Below, piece after piece: positions 13,986 to 23,922 of a stretch of 64,000 nucleotides of DNA (position 1 is the stretch's first letter; every line of letters starts with the position of its first letter). Below the pieces are notes generated by a model. The model did no database searches. It was not told where the DNA came from and worked only from the letters and a program-made list of their open reading frames with translations. The stretch comes from an uncultured Alphaproteobacteria bacterium (GTDB taxonomy: Bacteria > Pseudomonadota > Alphaproteobacteria > ATCC43930 > CGMCC-115725). The position numbers and the translations under genes were made by a program. The stretch covers positions 15,240 to 79,239 of the forward strand of contig CAWBKF010000014.1 in assembly GCA_963789275.1 (NCBI GenBank). The letters run 5' to 3'.

Positions 13986-14825
13986 GTGAGACTTGCCAAG
14001 ACCACCGTCGCCGTCGTCACCGGCGCGGGCAGCGGCATCGGCCGCGCCTTGGCGCTGGCGCTGGCGCGCGAGGGCTGCGCGCTGGCGCTCGCCGACAGGG
14101 ATTCGCATACCGTCGCCAACACCGCCGCCGAGGCGAAGAAAGCCGGCGCCGGCACGGTCTCGACCCATGCTGTCGATGTCGCCGATCTCGAAGCGATGAC
14201 GCGGTTCCGCGACGAGGTGAAACAGGCGCACCAATACGTCCATCTCCTGGTCAACAATGCCGGAGTCGCGCTGGTCGGCGAGCTCGAGGAGCTGTCGGTG
14301 GACGACATGCGCTGGCTGGTCGATATCAATTTCTGGGGCGTGGTCTATGGCACGAGGCTCTTCCTGCCGTTGCTGCGCGAGAGCCGCCACGGCCATATCG
14401 TCAACATCTCCAGCATTCTCGGCATCGTGGCCGTAGCCGGGCAGAGCGCCTATGCCGCGAGCAAATTCGCGGTGCGCGGCTTCAGCGAGGCGGTGCGCCA
14501 CGAGCTCGCCGACAGCGGCATCCGCGTCACCACCATCCATCCCGGGGGCGTGCGCACCAACATCGCGCGCCATGCGCGCCTGCCGGCGAAATCCGACCCG
14601 GCGCGGCGCGAGCAGATCGTGAAGGGCTTCGACCGGCTGGCGCGCACCACCCCCGACCACGCGGCGGCGCGCATCGTCCGCGCCATCAAGCGCAACCAGC
14701 AGCGCGTGATCATCGGTTCCGACGCCTGGATCATGGCGGCGCTGCGCTGGCTGATGCCGGTCAATTACTGGCGGGTGGTCGACCGCCTGCTGCCCAAGGA
14801 GCGGCGCAAGATCGGCAAAGGATGA
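13986..14825 (+). CDS. short-chain dehydrogenase/reductase (SDR)
   Basis: TGAGSGIGRA cofactor motif, NNAG, and S...YAASK catalytic motif. Confidence 0.85.
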   Translation: MRLAKTTVAVVTGAGSGIGRALALALAREGCALALADRDSHTVANTAAEAKKAGAGTVSTHAVDVADLEAMTRFRDEVKQAHQYVHLLVNNAGVALVGELEELSVDDMRWLVDINFWGVVYGTRLFLPLLRESRHGHIVNISSILGIVAVAGQSAYAASKFAVRGFSEAVRHELADSGIRVTTIHPGGVRTNIARHARLPAKSDPARREQIVKGFDRLARTTPDHAAARIVRAIKRNQQRVIIGSDAWIMAALRWLMPVNYWRVVDRLLPKERRKIGKG

Positions 14826-14914
14826 CGGCACCGCACGCCCTGGCCCGCCCTTGCCGCCGGCGGCGCGTCACCTATACTCCCGCCGCCCGCCTGTCTTGAA
14901 AGGTCTCTCGCGTC

Positions 14915-16126
<1,212 letters not shown>

Positions 16127-16150
16127 AGAATCAGGTGCTATCCCGACGCG

Positions 16151-16285
16151 AGCGGCTCTCGCGGTTGCTACGCAACCGCTGACGCCGCCACGGACAGACA
16201 ACCCGTTCGATCGCTTCGCGATCGAACCCAGCGGGGCCGACCGCAGAGCGGTCGGCCGGGTTGTCCGCTTCGCGAGTTTGCCTAG
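16151..16285. repeat. REP-like structured intergenic element between convergent argG and the quinone reductase gene
   Basis: Hairpins gcggttgc-tac-gcaaccgc (16161-16179), cgatcgc-ttc-gcgatcg and ggccgaccgc-agag-gcggtcggcc are nested inside ggacagacaaccc...gggttgtcc. Ends in tttgcctag like the other family members. Confidence 0.5.
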
Positions 16286-17205
16286 ATATCGAAAACCAAC
16301 TTGCCGCGCAAATGGCGCGCTTCGCTTACGCGATGCGCTTCGGCGGCGTCGGCGAGCTTGTAATGGGTGATCGGTGGCGGCCGAACGGCGCCGGCCGCGA
16401 CCAGCGCCACCATGCGCTCCAGATGGGCGCGGTCGCGGATGACGTTGGGGCGCAGCGTCGCGACATCCTTGCGGCTCGGCTGGAAGCCCGCCGGCGCCGG
16501 CGCGATCCAGACCAGCCGCCCCCCGGGCTTCAGCACGGCGTAGGAGGCGACTTGCACGGCGCCGCCGACGGTGTCGAACACCACGTCGCAGCCGGAGACC
16601 GTGGCGGCGAAGTCCTCGACATTGTAGTCGATCACCCGGTCGGCGCCGAGACCGCGCACATAAGCGTGATTGGCGGCGCTGGCGGTGGTGATCACCGTGG
16701 CGCCGAGATGCTTGGCGAGCTGGATCGCGAAGCCGGCGACGCCGCCGGCGCCACCCTGGATCAGGATGGTCTCGCCCCGTTTGAGCTGCGCCGTGTCTTC
16801 CAGCGCCCACAGCGCGGTAAGGCTGGTCAGCGCCAGGGCGGCGGCCTCGGCATGGCTGAGACGATCGGGCTTCCTCGCGAGGATCGCCGCCTTGATCGCG
16901 ATCTTCTCGGCATAGGCGCCTTCGACGCCTTGCTCGGTGACGCCGAACACCGCGTCGCCGACCGCGAGATCGCCGACGCCGGCGCCCAGCGCACTGACCA
17001 CGCCGGAGAAGTCGCGGCCGAGGATATGGGGGAAGTGGGTCAGGGTATAGCGGCCGCCGCCGAGCCGTACCTTGTAATCGGCGGCATTGACGCTCGCGGC
17101 GTGGATGTCGACGACCACCTCGCCCGGCCCTGCCACCGGATCCGGCGCCTCGCCATAGCGCAGCATTTCCGGCCCGCCATGCCCAAGCAGCAACACCGCC
17201 TTCAC
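16282..17205 (-). CDS. zinc-type alcohol dehydrogenase / NADPH:quinone oxidoreductase family protein
   Basis: I place the start at GTG 17205 (VKAVLLLGHGGPEMLRYGE...), directly preceded by AAGGAGAAG. MDR-family GxGxxG region ILIQGGAGGVAGFAIQLAK. Confidence 0.85.
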   Translation of the reverse strand: MKAVLLLGHGGPEMLRYGEAPDPVAGPGEVVVDIHAASVNAADYKVRLGGGRYTLTHFPHILGRDFSGVVSALGAGVGDLAVGDAVFGVTEQGVEGAYAEKIAIKAAILARKPDRLSHAEAAALALTSLTALWALEDTAQLKRGETILIQGGAGGVAGFAIQLAKHLGATVITTASAANHAYVRGLGADRVIDYNVEDFAATVSGCDVVFDTVGGAVQVASYAVLKPGGRLVWIAPAPAGFQPSRKDVATLRPNVIRDRAHLERMVALVAAGAVRPPPITHYKLADAAEAHRVSEARHLRGKLVFDI

Positions 17206-17300
17206 GGCCTTCTCCTTCGCAACCTTCCGTTCATGCGGGCGCAGGCTAGCCAAACGCCGCGCAGAGAGCAAAATCCCGCGGCCTCGGGCGACCCGGCGCC

Positions 17301-18321
17301 TCAGCCGGAAACGGTCGTGGCCGCCGCGCCGGCGAGATCGCGGCGGGCGGCGGCGGTGAGCTCGAACGAGCGCAGGCGCGCGGCGTGGTCGAAGATCTGC
17401 GCCGTGATCATGAGCTCGTCGGCGCCGGTGCGCGCGATGAAGGCGTCGAGGCCGCGCCGCACGGTCTCGGGCGAGCCGACCACGGCGCAGGAGAGCGAGT
17501 GCGCCAGCATCGACCGCTCCAGCGGCGAGAGCAGCGCCTCGATGTCGTCGACCGGCGGCGGCAATGGCCCGGGCTGCCCGCGGCGCAGATTGACGAAGGC
17601 CTGTTGCAGCGAGGTGAAGAGACGCCGCGCCTCGCCGTCGGTGTCGGCGGCAAAGACGTTGAGTCCAAGCATGACGTGCGGCGCGGCGGTCTCGCCGGAC
17701 GGGCGGAAGCGGCTGCGGTAGAGCTCGATCGCCGTCATCATCTGGTCCGGCGCGAAATGCGAGGCGAAGGCGAAGGGCAGCCCGAGCGCCGCGGCAAGCT
17801 GAGCGCCGAAGAGGCTCGATCCCAGGATCCAGACCGGTACCGCAAGGCCGGCGCCGGGAACCGCGCGCACGCGCTGGCCGGGCTCGGCCGGCCGGAAATA
17901 GCTCATGAGCTCGACGACGCTGCGCGGAAAATCATCCTCGTCGCCCATCAGCGTGCGCCTGAGCGCGCGGGCGGTGAGCTGGTCGGTCCCCGGCGCGCGG
18001 CCGAGGCCGAGATCGATGCGGCCGGGATAAAGCGCCGCGAGCGTGCCGAACTGCTCGGCGATCACCAGCGGCGCGTGGTTGGGCAGCATCACGCCGCCGG
18101 CGCCGACGCGGATGGTCGACGTGCCACCCGCGACATGGCCGATCACCACCGCGGTGGCGGCGCTGGCGATGCCGGGCATATTGTGGTGCTCGGCGAGCCA
18201 ATAGCGGTTGTAGCCCCAGCGCTCGGCGTGGCGCGCGAGGTCGAGCGTGTTGCGCAGGGCGCTCTGAGGCGTCGCCGCCCGCCACGATCGGCGAAAGGTC
18301 GAGGACGGAGAACGGGATCAT
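17301..18321 (-). pseudogene. LLM-class (luciferase-like) flavin-dependent oxidoreductase, frame disruption near 18260-18268
   Basis: [19 protein letters not shown] in one frame. [47 protein letters not shown]... is my translation of the frame of track ORF 17301..18179 extended upstream. Confidence 0.8.
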
Positions 18322-18349
18322 GAGCGTGGTCTCGGGGCTCGCGCTGCCG

Positions 18350-19141
18350 TCACCACTTGTTCCTGAGCTCGCGGAGCTTCAGGAAGACCGTCTTCGCATC
18401 GGGCTGGTCGGGCAGGTCGGGAAAGGCCACGCGCAGACGGGCGATCACCGAGGGGCTGCTGAGCCGGAAGAACGTGTTGATCTCCTTCTCCAGCTGCAGC
18501 GTGGTCACCAGCGGCTTCGCCGGATTCTGCTGCTTCATCGCCGGCAGCAGCGCCTTCGCCTTGGCATTGTCCGGCTCGCGGTCGAGGGTGAAGGCGAGAT
18601 TGTTCGCGATGTAGTCATGGCCGGGATAGACCAGCGTCGCTTCCGGCAATTTGGCGAGCTGGCCGGCAAACGTGTTGTAAAGCTCGCTGGGGTGGCCGCC
18701 ATTGTGGCAATTGCCGGCGCCGGCGTTGAACAGCGTGTCGCCGCAGAAGAGGGCCGGCGTATCGCCGTGCGCCCGCAGGCAGATATGGCACATGGTATGG
18801 CCCGGCGTATCAAGGCATTCGAGCTCGACCGTCTTGCCGATCCGGATCACATCGCCGGCGCTGAGCCCCCGATCCATGCCCGGGATCTTGTCCTTGGCAT
18901 TCGCATGCGCCAGCACCTTGGCGCCGGTGGCCGCGACCATCTGCGGGTTGCCGCCGGTGTGGTCGCGGTGCTCATGGGTGTTGAGGATCTGGGTGATGGT
19001 CCAGCCCTTCGTCTTGGCCGCGGCCAGGCATTTCTCATGGTCCAGGGGGTCGACGGCCAGCGCCTCGCCGGTTTCGCCGCAGGCGATCAGGTAGTTGAAG
19101 TTGCGATAGGCGTTGGCGGTCCAGATCTGCTCGACGAGCAT
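18350..19141 (-). CDS. gloB: hydroxyacylglutathione hydrolase (glyoxalase II, MBL fold)
   Basis: Start [20 protein letters not shown] at 19141. [11 protein letters not shown] metal motif, GHT and the HAGH C-terminal region. Confidence 0.8.
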   Translation of the reverse strand: MLVEQIWTANAYRNFNYLIACGETGEALAVDPLDHEKCLAAAKTKGWTITQILNTHEHRDHTGGNPQMVAATGAKVLAHANAKDKIPGMDRGLSAGDVIRIGKTVELECLDTPGHTMCHICLRAHGDTPALFCGDTLFNAGAGNCHNGGHPSELYNTFAGQLAKLPEATLVYPGHDYIANNLAFTLDREPDNAKAKALLPAMKQQNPAKPLVTTLQLEKEINTFFRLSSPSVIARLRVAFPDLPDQPDAKTVFLKLRELRNKW

Positions 19142-19234
19142 GGCATGTCCCCATGGTATGCGGCCGAGAAGGGAATGTAGGGTCGCCGCCGGCACTCCGC
19201 CATCCCCGTCGCGGCGCGCAAGCCCGCTGGGCTC

Positions 19235-21271
19235 CTATGCGTCGGCCTCGGCAAGGCCGCGCTCTCGCAGCAGCGCCGCGATACGCGGGGCACGGCCGCG
19301 GAAGGCGATATAGAGCGCCATCGGATCCTCGGTATCGCCGGCGGCATAGATGCGCTCGAGCCGTGCGGCAAGCGCGGGATCGAACAGATTGCCCGTCTCG
19401 GTGAAGGCGGCGAAGCCGTCGGCATCGAGTGTCTCCGCCCAGAGATAAGCATAATAGCCCGCCGCATAGCCGCTGCTGGCGAAGAGATGCTGGAAATGCG
19501 CGGGGCGATGGCGCAGCGGAATCGCGGCGGGCATGCCGATCCGCGCCAGCACTTCGCGCTCGAAAGCCGCGGGATCGAGACTCTCCGCCGCGGGGCTGCG
19601 ATGAAGCGCGAGATCGAACAACGCCGCGGCGGTGTACTCGACCGTAGCGAAACCCTGGTTGAAGTTGCGCGCCGCAAGCAGGCGCCGCTGCAGCTCCTCG
19701 GGGAGCGGCAGACCGGTCTCATAATGCCGGGCGAAGCGCCGCAGGGTCTCCGGTGCCGACATCCAATGCTCGTAGATCTGGGACGGAAACTCGACGAAAT
19801 CGCGCCGCACCGCGGTGCCGGATTGCGAAGGGTAGCGCACCCGGCTGAGCAGCCCGTGCAGCCCATGACCGAATTCGTGGAACAGCGTCTCGGCCTCGTC
19901 GAAGCTCAGCAAAGTCGGCGCGCCCTTGGCGAAATTGTTGTTGTTGACGACGATCGGCGTGACCTCGCCATCGAAGGATTCCTGGTCGCGATAGCTGTTC
20001 ATCCAGGCGCCGGAATGCTTGTCGGGCCGCGCGAAATTGTCGTGGAGAAAGAGGCCGACCGGACGCTCCTCGCGGTCGCGCACCTCGTAGGCGCGCACAT
20101 CCGGGTGATAAAGCGGCAGGTCGCGGCGTTCGATGAAGCCTATGCCGAAGAGCCGCCCGGCGGTATCGAAAGCGGCGCGCACCATGTCGTCGAGCACGAA
20201 ATAGGGCTTCACCTCGGCTTCGTCGAGAGCGTAGCGGGCGCGCCGCAGCTTCTCGGCGTAATAGCGCCAGTCCCAGGGCTCGATCGACGCGTTGAGGCCG
20301 TCCGCCTGCGCCAGCGCCTGCAGCTCCGCCGCCTCGGCGGCGGCCTTGCGCTTGGCCGGCGCCCACACCTCCAGCAGCAAACGCTCGACCGCGGTGGCGT
20401 CCTTCGCCATGGAATCGTCGAGCGCATAGGCGGCGTAATCGTCATAGCCGAGAAGCCGCGCCTGCTCGGCGCGCAAAGCGACGATCTCGCGGATGAGCGG
20501 CAGGTTGTCGTGCTCGCCGGGCAGGGATCCGCGGCGCGTCCAGGCGTCGAACACCGCGCGCCTGAGATCGCGCCGCGACGAGAAGGTGAGGAACGGCTCG
20601 ACCGAGGAGCGGGAGAGCGTGACGACATGAGCCCCGGCGACACCGCGGGCGCGCGCCGCTTCGGCGGCGGCGTCGCGGACGAAGCCCGGCAGCCCCTCGA
20701 GATCGCCTTCGCCCAGCACAAGATGCCACGCCTTCTCGTCATGGAGCACGTTCTGGCCGAACAGCGTCTGCAGCGTGGCGAGGCGCTCGGAGATCGCCGC
20801 CAGGCGCGTCTTCGCCGCCGCCGGCAGCTGCGCACCGTCGCGCACCAGGTTGAGGTGATGCCGCTCGAGGAGGCGGTGCTGATCGGGCGCCAGGCTCAGC
20901 GCGGCGCGGCGCGCGTGGAGATCGGCGACGCGGGAAAACAATCCGGGATCGAGCGCGATGCGCATGCGGTGCTGGGCGAGCTTGGGCGCGTAGTCGCGGG
21001 CGACCGCCTCGAGCGCCGCACTGGTGTTGCTGCCGTTGAGGTTGGAGAAGACGTTGCCCACCCGCGTGAGCAGCCGGCCGCTGCGCTCCATCGCCTCGAC
21101 CGTGTTGGCAAAACTCGGCGTCTCCGCATTCTGCGCGATGGCGGCGATCTCGGCGAGATGCTCCGTCATGCCGCGGTCGAAGGCCGGCGGGAAATGCTCG
21201 GGTCGGATGCGATCGAAGGGCGGCAGGCCGAACGGCGTCGTCCAGCTCTCGAAGAAGGGATTGTCGCTCAT
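19235..21271 (-). CDS. dcp: M3-family peptidyl-dipeptidase
   Basis: 678 aa. Zinc motif LFHEFGHGLHGLL, and N-terminus NPFFESWTTPFGLPPFDRIRPEHF typical of Dcp. Confidence 0.9.
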   Translation of the reverse strand: MSDNPFFESWTTPFGLPPFDRIRPEHFPPAFDRGMTEHLAEIAAIAQNAETPSFANTVEAMERSGRLLTRVGNVFSNLNGSNTSAALEAVARDYAPKLAQHRMRIALDPGLFSRVADLHARRAALSLAPDQHRLLERHHLNLVRDGAQLPAAAKTRLAAISERLATLQTLFGQNVLHDEKAWHLVLGEGDLEGLPGFVRDAAAEAARARGVAGAHVVTLSRSSVEPFLTFSSRRDLRRAVFDAWTRRGSLPGEHDNLPLIREIVALRAEQARLLGYDDYAAYALDDSMAKDATAVERLLLEVWAPAKRKAAAEAAELQALAQADGLNASIEPWDWRYYAEKLRRARYALDEAEVKPYFVLDDMVRAAFDTAGRLFGIGFIERRDLPLYHPDVRAYEVRDREERPVGLFLHDNFARPDKHSGAWMNSYRDQESFDGEVTPIVVNNNNFAKGAPTLLSFDEAETLFHEFGHGLHGLLSRVRYPSQSGTAVRRDFVEFPSQIYEHWMSAPETLRRFARHYETGLPLPEELQRRLLAARNFNQGFATVEYTAAALFDLALHRSPAAESLDPAAFEREVLARIGMPAAIPLRHRPAHFQHLFASSGYAAGYYAYLWAETLDADGFAAFTETGNLFDPALAARLERIYAAGDTEDPMALYIAFRGRAPRIAALLRERGLAEADA

Positions 21272-21511
21272 GGGCGCAGTCTAGCCGAGCGGCCGGCTAC
21301 GCCAAAGGTTAACACCGCGGCGTGCGCCAACCCTCGCAAGCCATTGTTTTAAATCGATTTTTGGTTGTGATTGGACCCGAGATGGTTTCGTCATAGACTA
21401 TTTACCGGTGCGCCGGAGCCGGTCATGCTCGGCCGGCGCCGGCTTTGCAAAAAAGGGCGGCCCGGTGCCGCACCGGCCATGGTCGCCTCGGATTGTCTGG
21501 AGGAGACACCG

Positions 21512-21946
21512 ATGAATGTCGAAGCAATTCTGCGTGGCAAGGGAACCCGCGTCGCCACCGTCTCGCCGCAAGCCAGCGTCGCCGACGCGGTCAGCACGCT
21601 TCAGCGCGAGCGCGTCGGCGCGCTGGTGGTAAGCCGGGAGGGCGGCACCGTCGACGGCATCCTATCCGAGCGCGACATCATCCAAGGCCTGGCCGGACTC
21701 GGCGCCAGCCTGCTCGAGAGCAAGGTGGAGCAGCTCATGACGCGGCGCGTCTTTACCTGCACGCCGCGCGACAACGTCGCCGACCTCGCCGCCGAGATGA
21801 CACAGCGGCGCATCCGCCACATCCCGGTGCTGCGCGACGGCCTGCTTGCCGGCATCGTCAGCATCGGCGACGTGGTCAAGGCGCGTCTCGACGAGATGGA
21901 ATACGAGACGAACTCGCTCAGGAGCTTCATCGCCGGCGCGACGTAA
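21512..21946 (+). CDS. CBS domain pair protein
   Basis: GGAGGA Shine-Dalgarno then MNVEAILRGKGTRVATV. Two CBS motifs (…GALVVSREGGTVDGILSERDI…, …RIRHIPVLRDGLLAGIVSIGDV…). Confidence 0.8.
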   Translation: MNVEAILRGKGTRVATVSPQASVADAVSTLQRERVGALVVSREGGTVDGILSERDIIQGLAGLGASLLESKVEQLMTRRVFTCTPRDNVADLAAEMTQRRIRHIPVLRDGLLAGIVSIGDVVKARLDEMEYETNSLRSFIAGAT

Positions 21947-22036
21947 AGCGCCGTCACAAGCCCGTGAGAGTCGCTTCGCGCGGCATCGGTTGACGCCATA
22001 TCCGTGAGAGCGTCTGCACGGCGATGAGGCGCGGCC

Positions 22037-22528
22037 ATGATGGCTGTCAGGCGGCTTTGCGTGTTGCTCGTGGTGGCGCTGGCGGGTTGCGCCGGCCCAT
22101 CGCCGATCTTCGACGCTATCGCCGGCACCCTCGCGCCGGCGCCACCCGATCAGGCGCGCATTTTCGTCTACCGCGATTTCGAGCCCTATCAGAGCCTCTC
22201 TTGGGTCCCGGTCTTCCTCAATCGCGAGGAGGCCGGCGCCGTCGGCCCCGGCCATGTGATCCTGCGCGATGTGCCGCCGGGCGTGTATCGCATCGAGGCG
22301 AAGAGCGAAGGCCTGTGGCCCGACCAGGCGAAGACGGTGACCGCCATGGCCGGCCAGACGATCTATGCCAAGATCACATCGTTCAAAGGCCTCAACCCCA
22401 CGGTCAGCAGCGGCGGCGCGACCATGACGACCTTCGTGGTGACCCTGACGGATCCCGCCACCGCGCGGCATGAGATCGCCACGCTCTGGTACACGGCAAA
22501 GGCACGCCGGCCGGCGGTCGCGGGATAG
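22037..22528 (+). CDS. lipoprotein, DUF2846-like
   Basis: Signal plus lipobox MMAVRRLCVLLVVALAGC. The rest resembles the DUF2846 pattern (RIFVYRD...GVYRIEAK). Confidence 0.55.
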   Translation: MMAVRRLCVLLVVALAGCAGPSPIFDAIAGTLAPAPPDQARIFVYRDFEPYQSLSWVPVFLNREEAGAVGPGHVILRDVPPGVYRIEAKSEGLWPDQAKTVTAMAGQTIYAKITSFKGLNPTVSSGGATMTTFVVTLTDPATARHEIATLWYTAKARRPAVAG

Positions 22529-22615
22529 CAGCCCGATCCGCGCGAAGCGCCGCCGGCTGGTCTCGGGCGCCGCGTCAGATATGATAGGCGCCCTCCGAGC
22601 CAGCTGGGTTCCCGC

Positions 22616-23887
22616 ATGCGCATCGAGATCATCTGCACCGGCGACGAAGTCCTCACCGGCAAGACCGTCAATACGAATTTCAGCCATATGAGCCAGAAGC
22701 TCGAGGATGTCGGGCTTGCCGTGCGCTGGGGAACCATCGTCGGCGACGACCGCGAGGCGCTGCTGGGCGCCTTCCAGCTGGCGGCGGAGCGGGCCGAGGC
22801 GGTGGTGGTGAATGGCGGCCTCGGCCCCACCGTCGACGATCTCTCGCAGGAGGTCGCCGCCCGCGCCGCCGGCGTCGATCTCGTGCTCGACGAGGCCTGG
22901 CTGGCGCGGATGGAGGAGTTCTTCCGCCGCCGCAGCCGCGTGATGCCGCCCAACAACCGCAAGCAGGCGATGCTGCCGGCGACGGCGGAGCGGCTCGACA
23001 ATCCCGTCGGCACCGCCTGCGGCTTCGCGCTCGACATCGGCAAGGCACGGTTCTTCTTCACGCCGGGCGTGCCGCGCGAGATGCGGCGCATGGTCGAGGA
23101 CCAGGTGGTGCCGCGGCTGCTCGCCCGCAGCGGCCAGCAGACGGTGATCCATCTCAAGCGATTTCATTCCTATGGCCTCGGCGAATCGCATGTCGACACG
23201 CTGCTCGCCGGCATCGAGGCTTTAGCGCCGGGCGGTGGCGTCAAGCTCGGCTTCCGCGCCCATTACCCGCAGCTCGAGACCAAGCTCGCCGTGCGCGGCG
23301 CGAGCCGCGAGGACGTGGCGCTGAAGCTCGAGCCGGTGACGGCCGAGCTGCGCCGGCGGCTCGGCAACTTCATCATTGCCGAGGACGACCAGACGCTCGA
23401 AGGCGTCGTGCTCGCAGCGCTCAGCGCGCGCGGCTGGCCGCTGGCGCTGGTCGAGACATTCACCGGCGGCCAGATCGCGACGCGGCTCGCGGCGCTGCCC
23501 GGCGCCGAGCAGGTACTGCGCCGGGCGGTGGTGTCGCGCGATCTGGCGCAGATTGCTGCCGCGGTGGGCCATGCCGGCCCGTGGTCCGGCGCCCCCGGCG
23601 ACGGCACGCTCGCCGTGGCGGTGGCGCAGGCGGCGCGGCGCGGCGCCGATGCGGCGATCGGCCTTGCCGTGCTGGTCGAGGTCGATGAGGGCGAAGACCG
23701 GATCGATGTCGGCGGCACCATCACCATCGGCATCGCCACCGCCGAGGAGAGTGCCAGCCGGCGCGCGCGGCTGCTGGGCGGGCGCGAGTGGCTTCGCCTC
23801 GGCGCCGTGGAGATGGCGCTCGACTGCCTGCGCCGGCGGCTCCAGGGCCTGCCGTTGAACGAGCGGACCGATTTCGAGAAGGTCTGA
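22616..23887 (+). CDS. cinA: CinA-family competence/damage-inducible protein (MoCF-binding plus nicotinamide-nucleotide amidase domains)
   Basis: MRIEIICTGDEVLTGKTVNTNFSHMSQKL...VVVNGGLGPTVDDLS...NPVGTACGF. 423 aa. Confidence 0.85.
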   Translation: MRIEIICTGDEVLTGKTVNTNFSHMSQKLEDVGLAVRWGTIVGDDREALLGAFQLAAERAEAVVVNGGLGPTVDDLSQEVAARAAGVDLVLDEAWLARMEEFFRRRSRVMPPNNRKQAMLPATAERLDNPVGTACGFALDIGKARFFFTPGVPREMRRMVEDQVVPRLLARSGQQTVIHLKRFHSYGLGESHVDTLLAGIEALAPGGGVKLGFRAHYPQLETKLAVRGASREDVALKLEPVTAELRRRLGNFIIAEDDQTLEGVVLAALSARGWPLALVETFTGGQIATRLAALPGAEQVLRRAVVSRDLAQIAAAVGHAGPWSGAPGDGTLAVAVAQAARRGADAAIGLAVLVEVDEGEDRIDVGGTITIGIATAEESASRRARLLGGREWLRLGAVEMALDCLRRRLQGLPLNERTDFEKV

Positions 23888-23922
23888 TGCCCGGCGCCCG
23901 TGTGACCCGGAACGACGGGCGC

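Noticed and set aside
23893-23921. gcgcccgt-N13-acgggcgc hairpin between convergent cinA and repeat-protein gene 1, and ccgcgacc-ag-ggtcgcgg (29287-29304) after gene 2, as intrinsic terminators.
   Set aside because: The stems are real, but neither is followed by a U-tract on the relevant strand and the first loop is long. That is not enough to call terminators.
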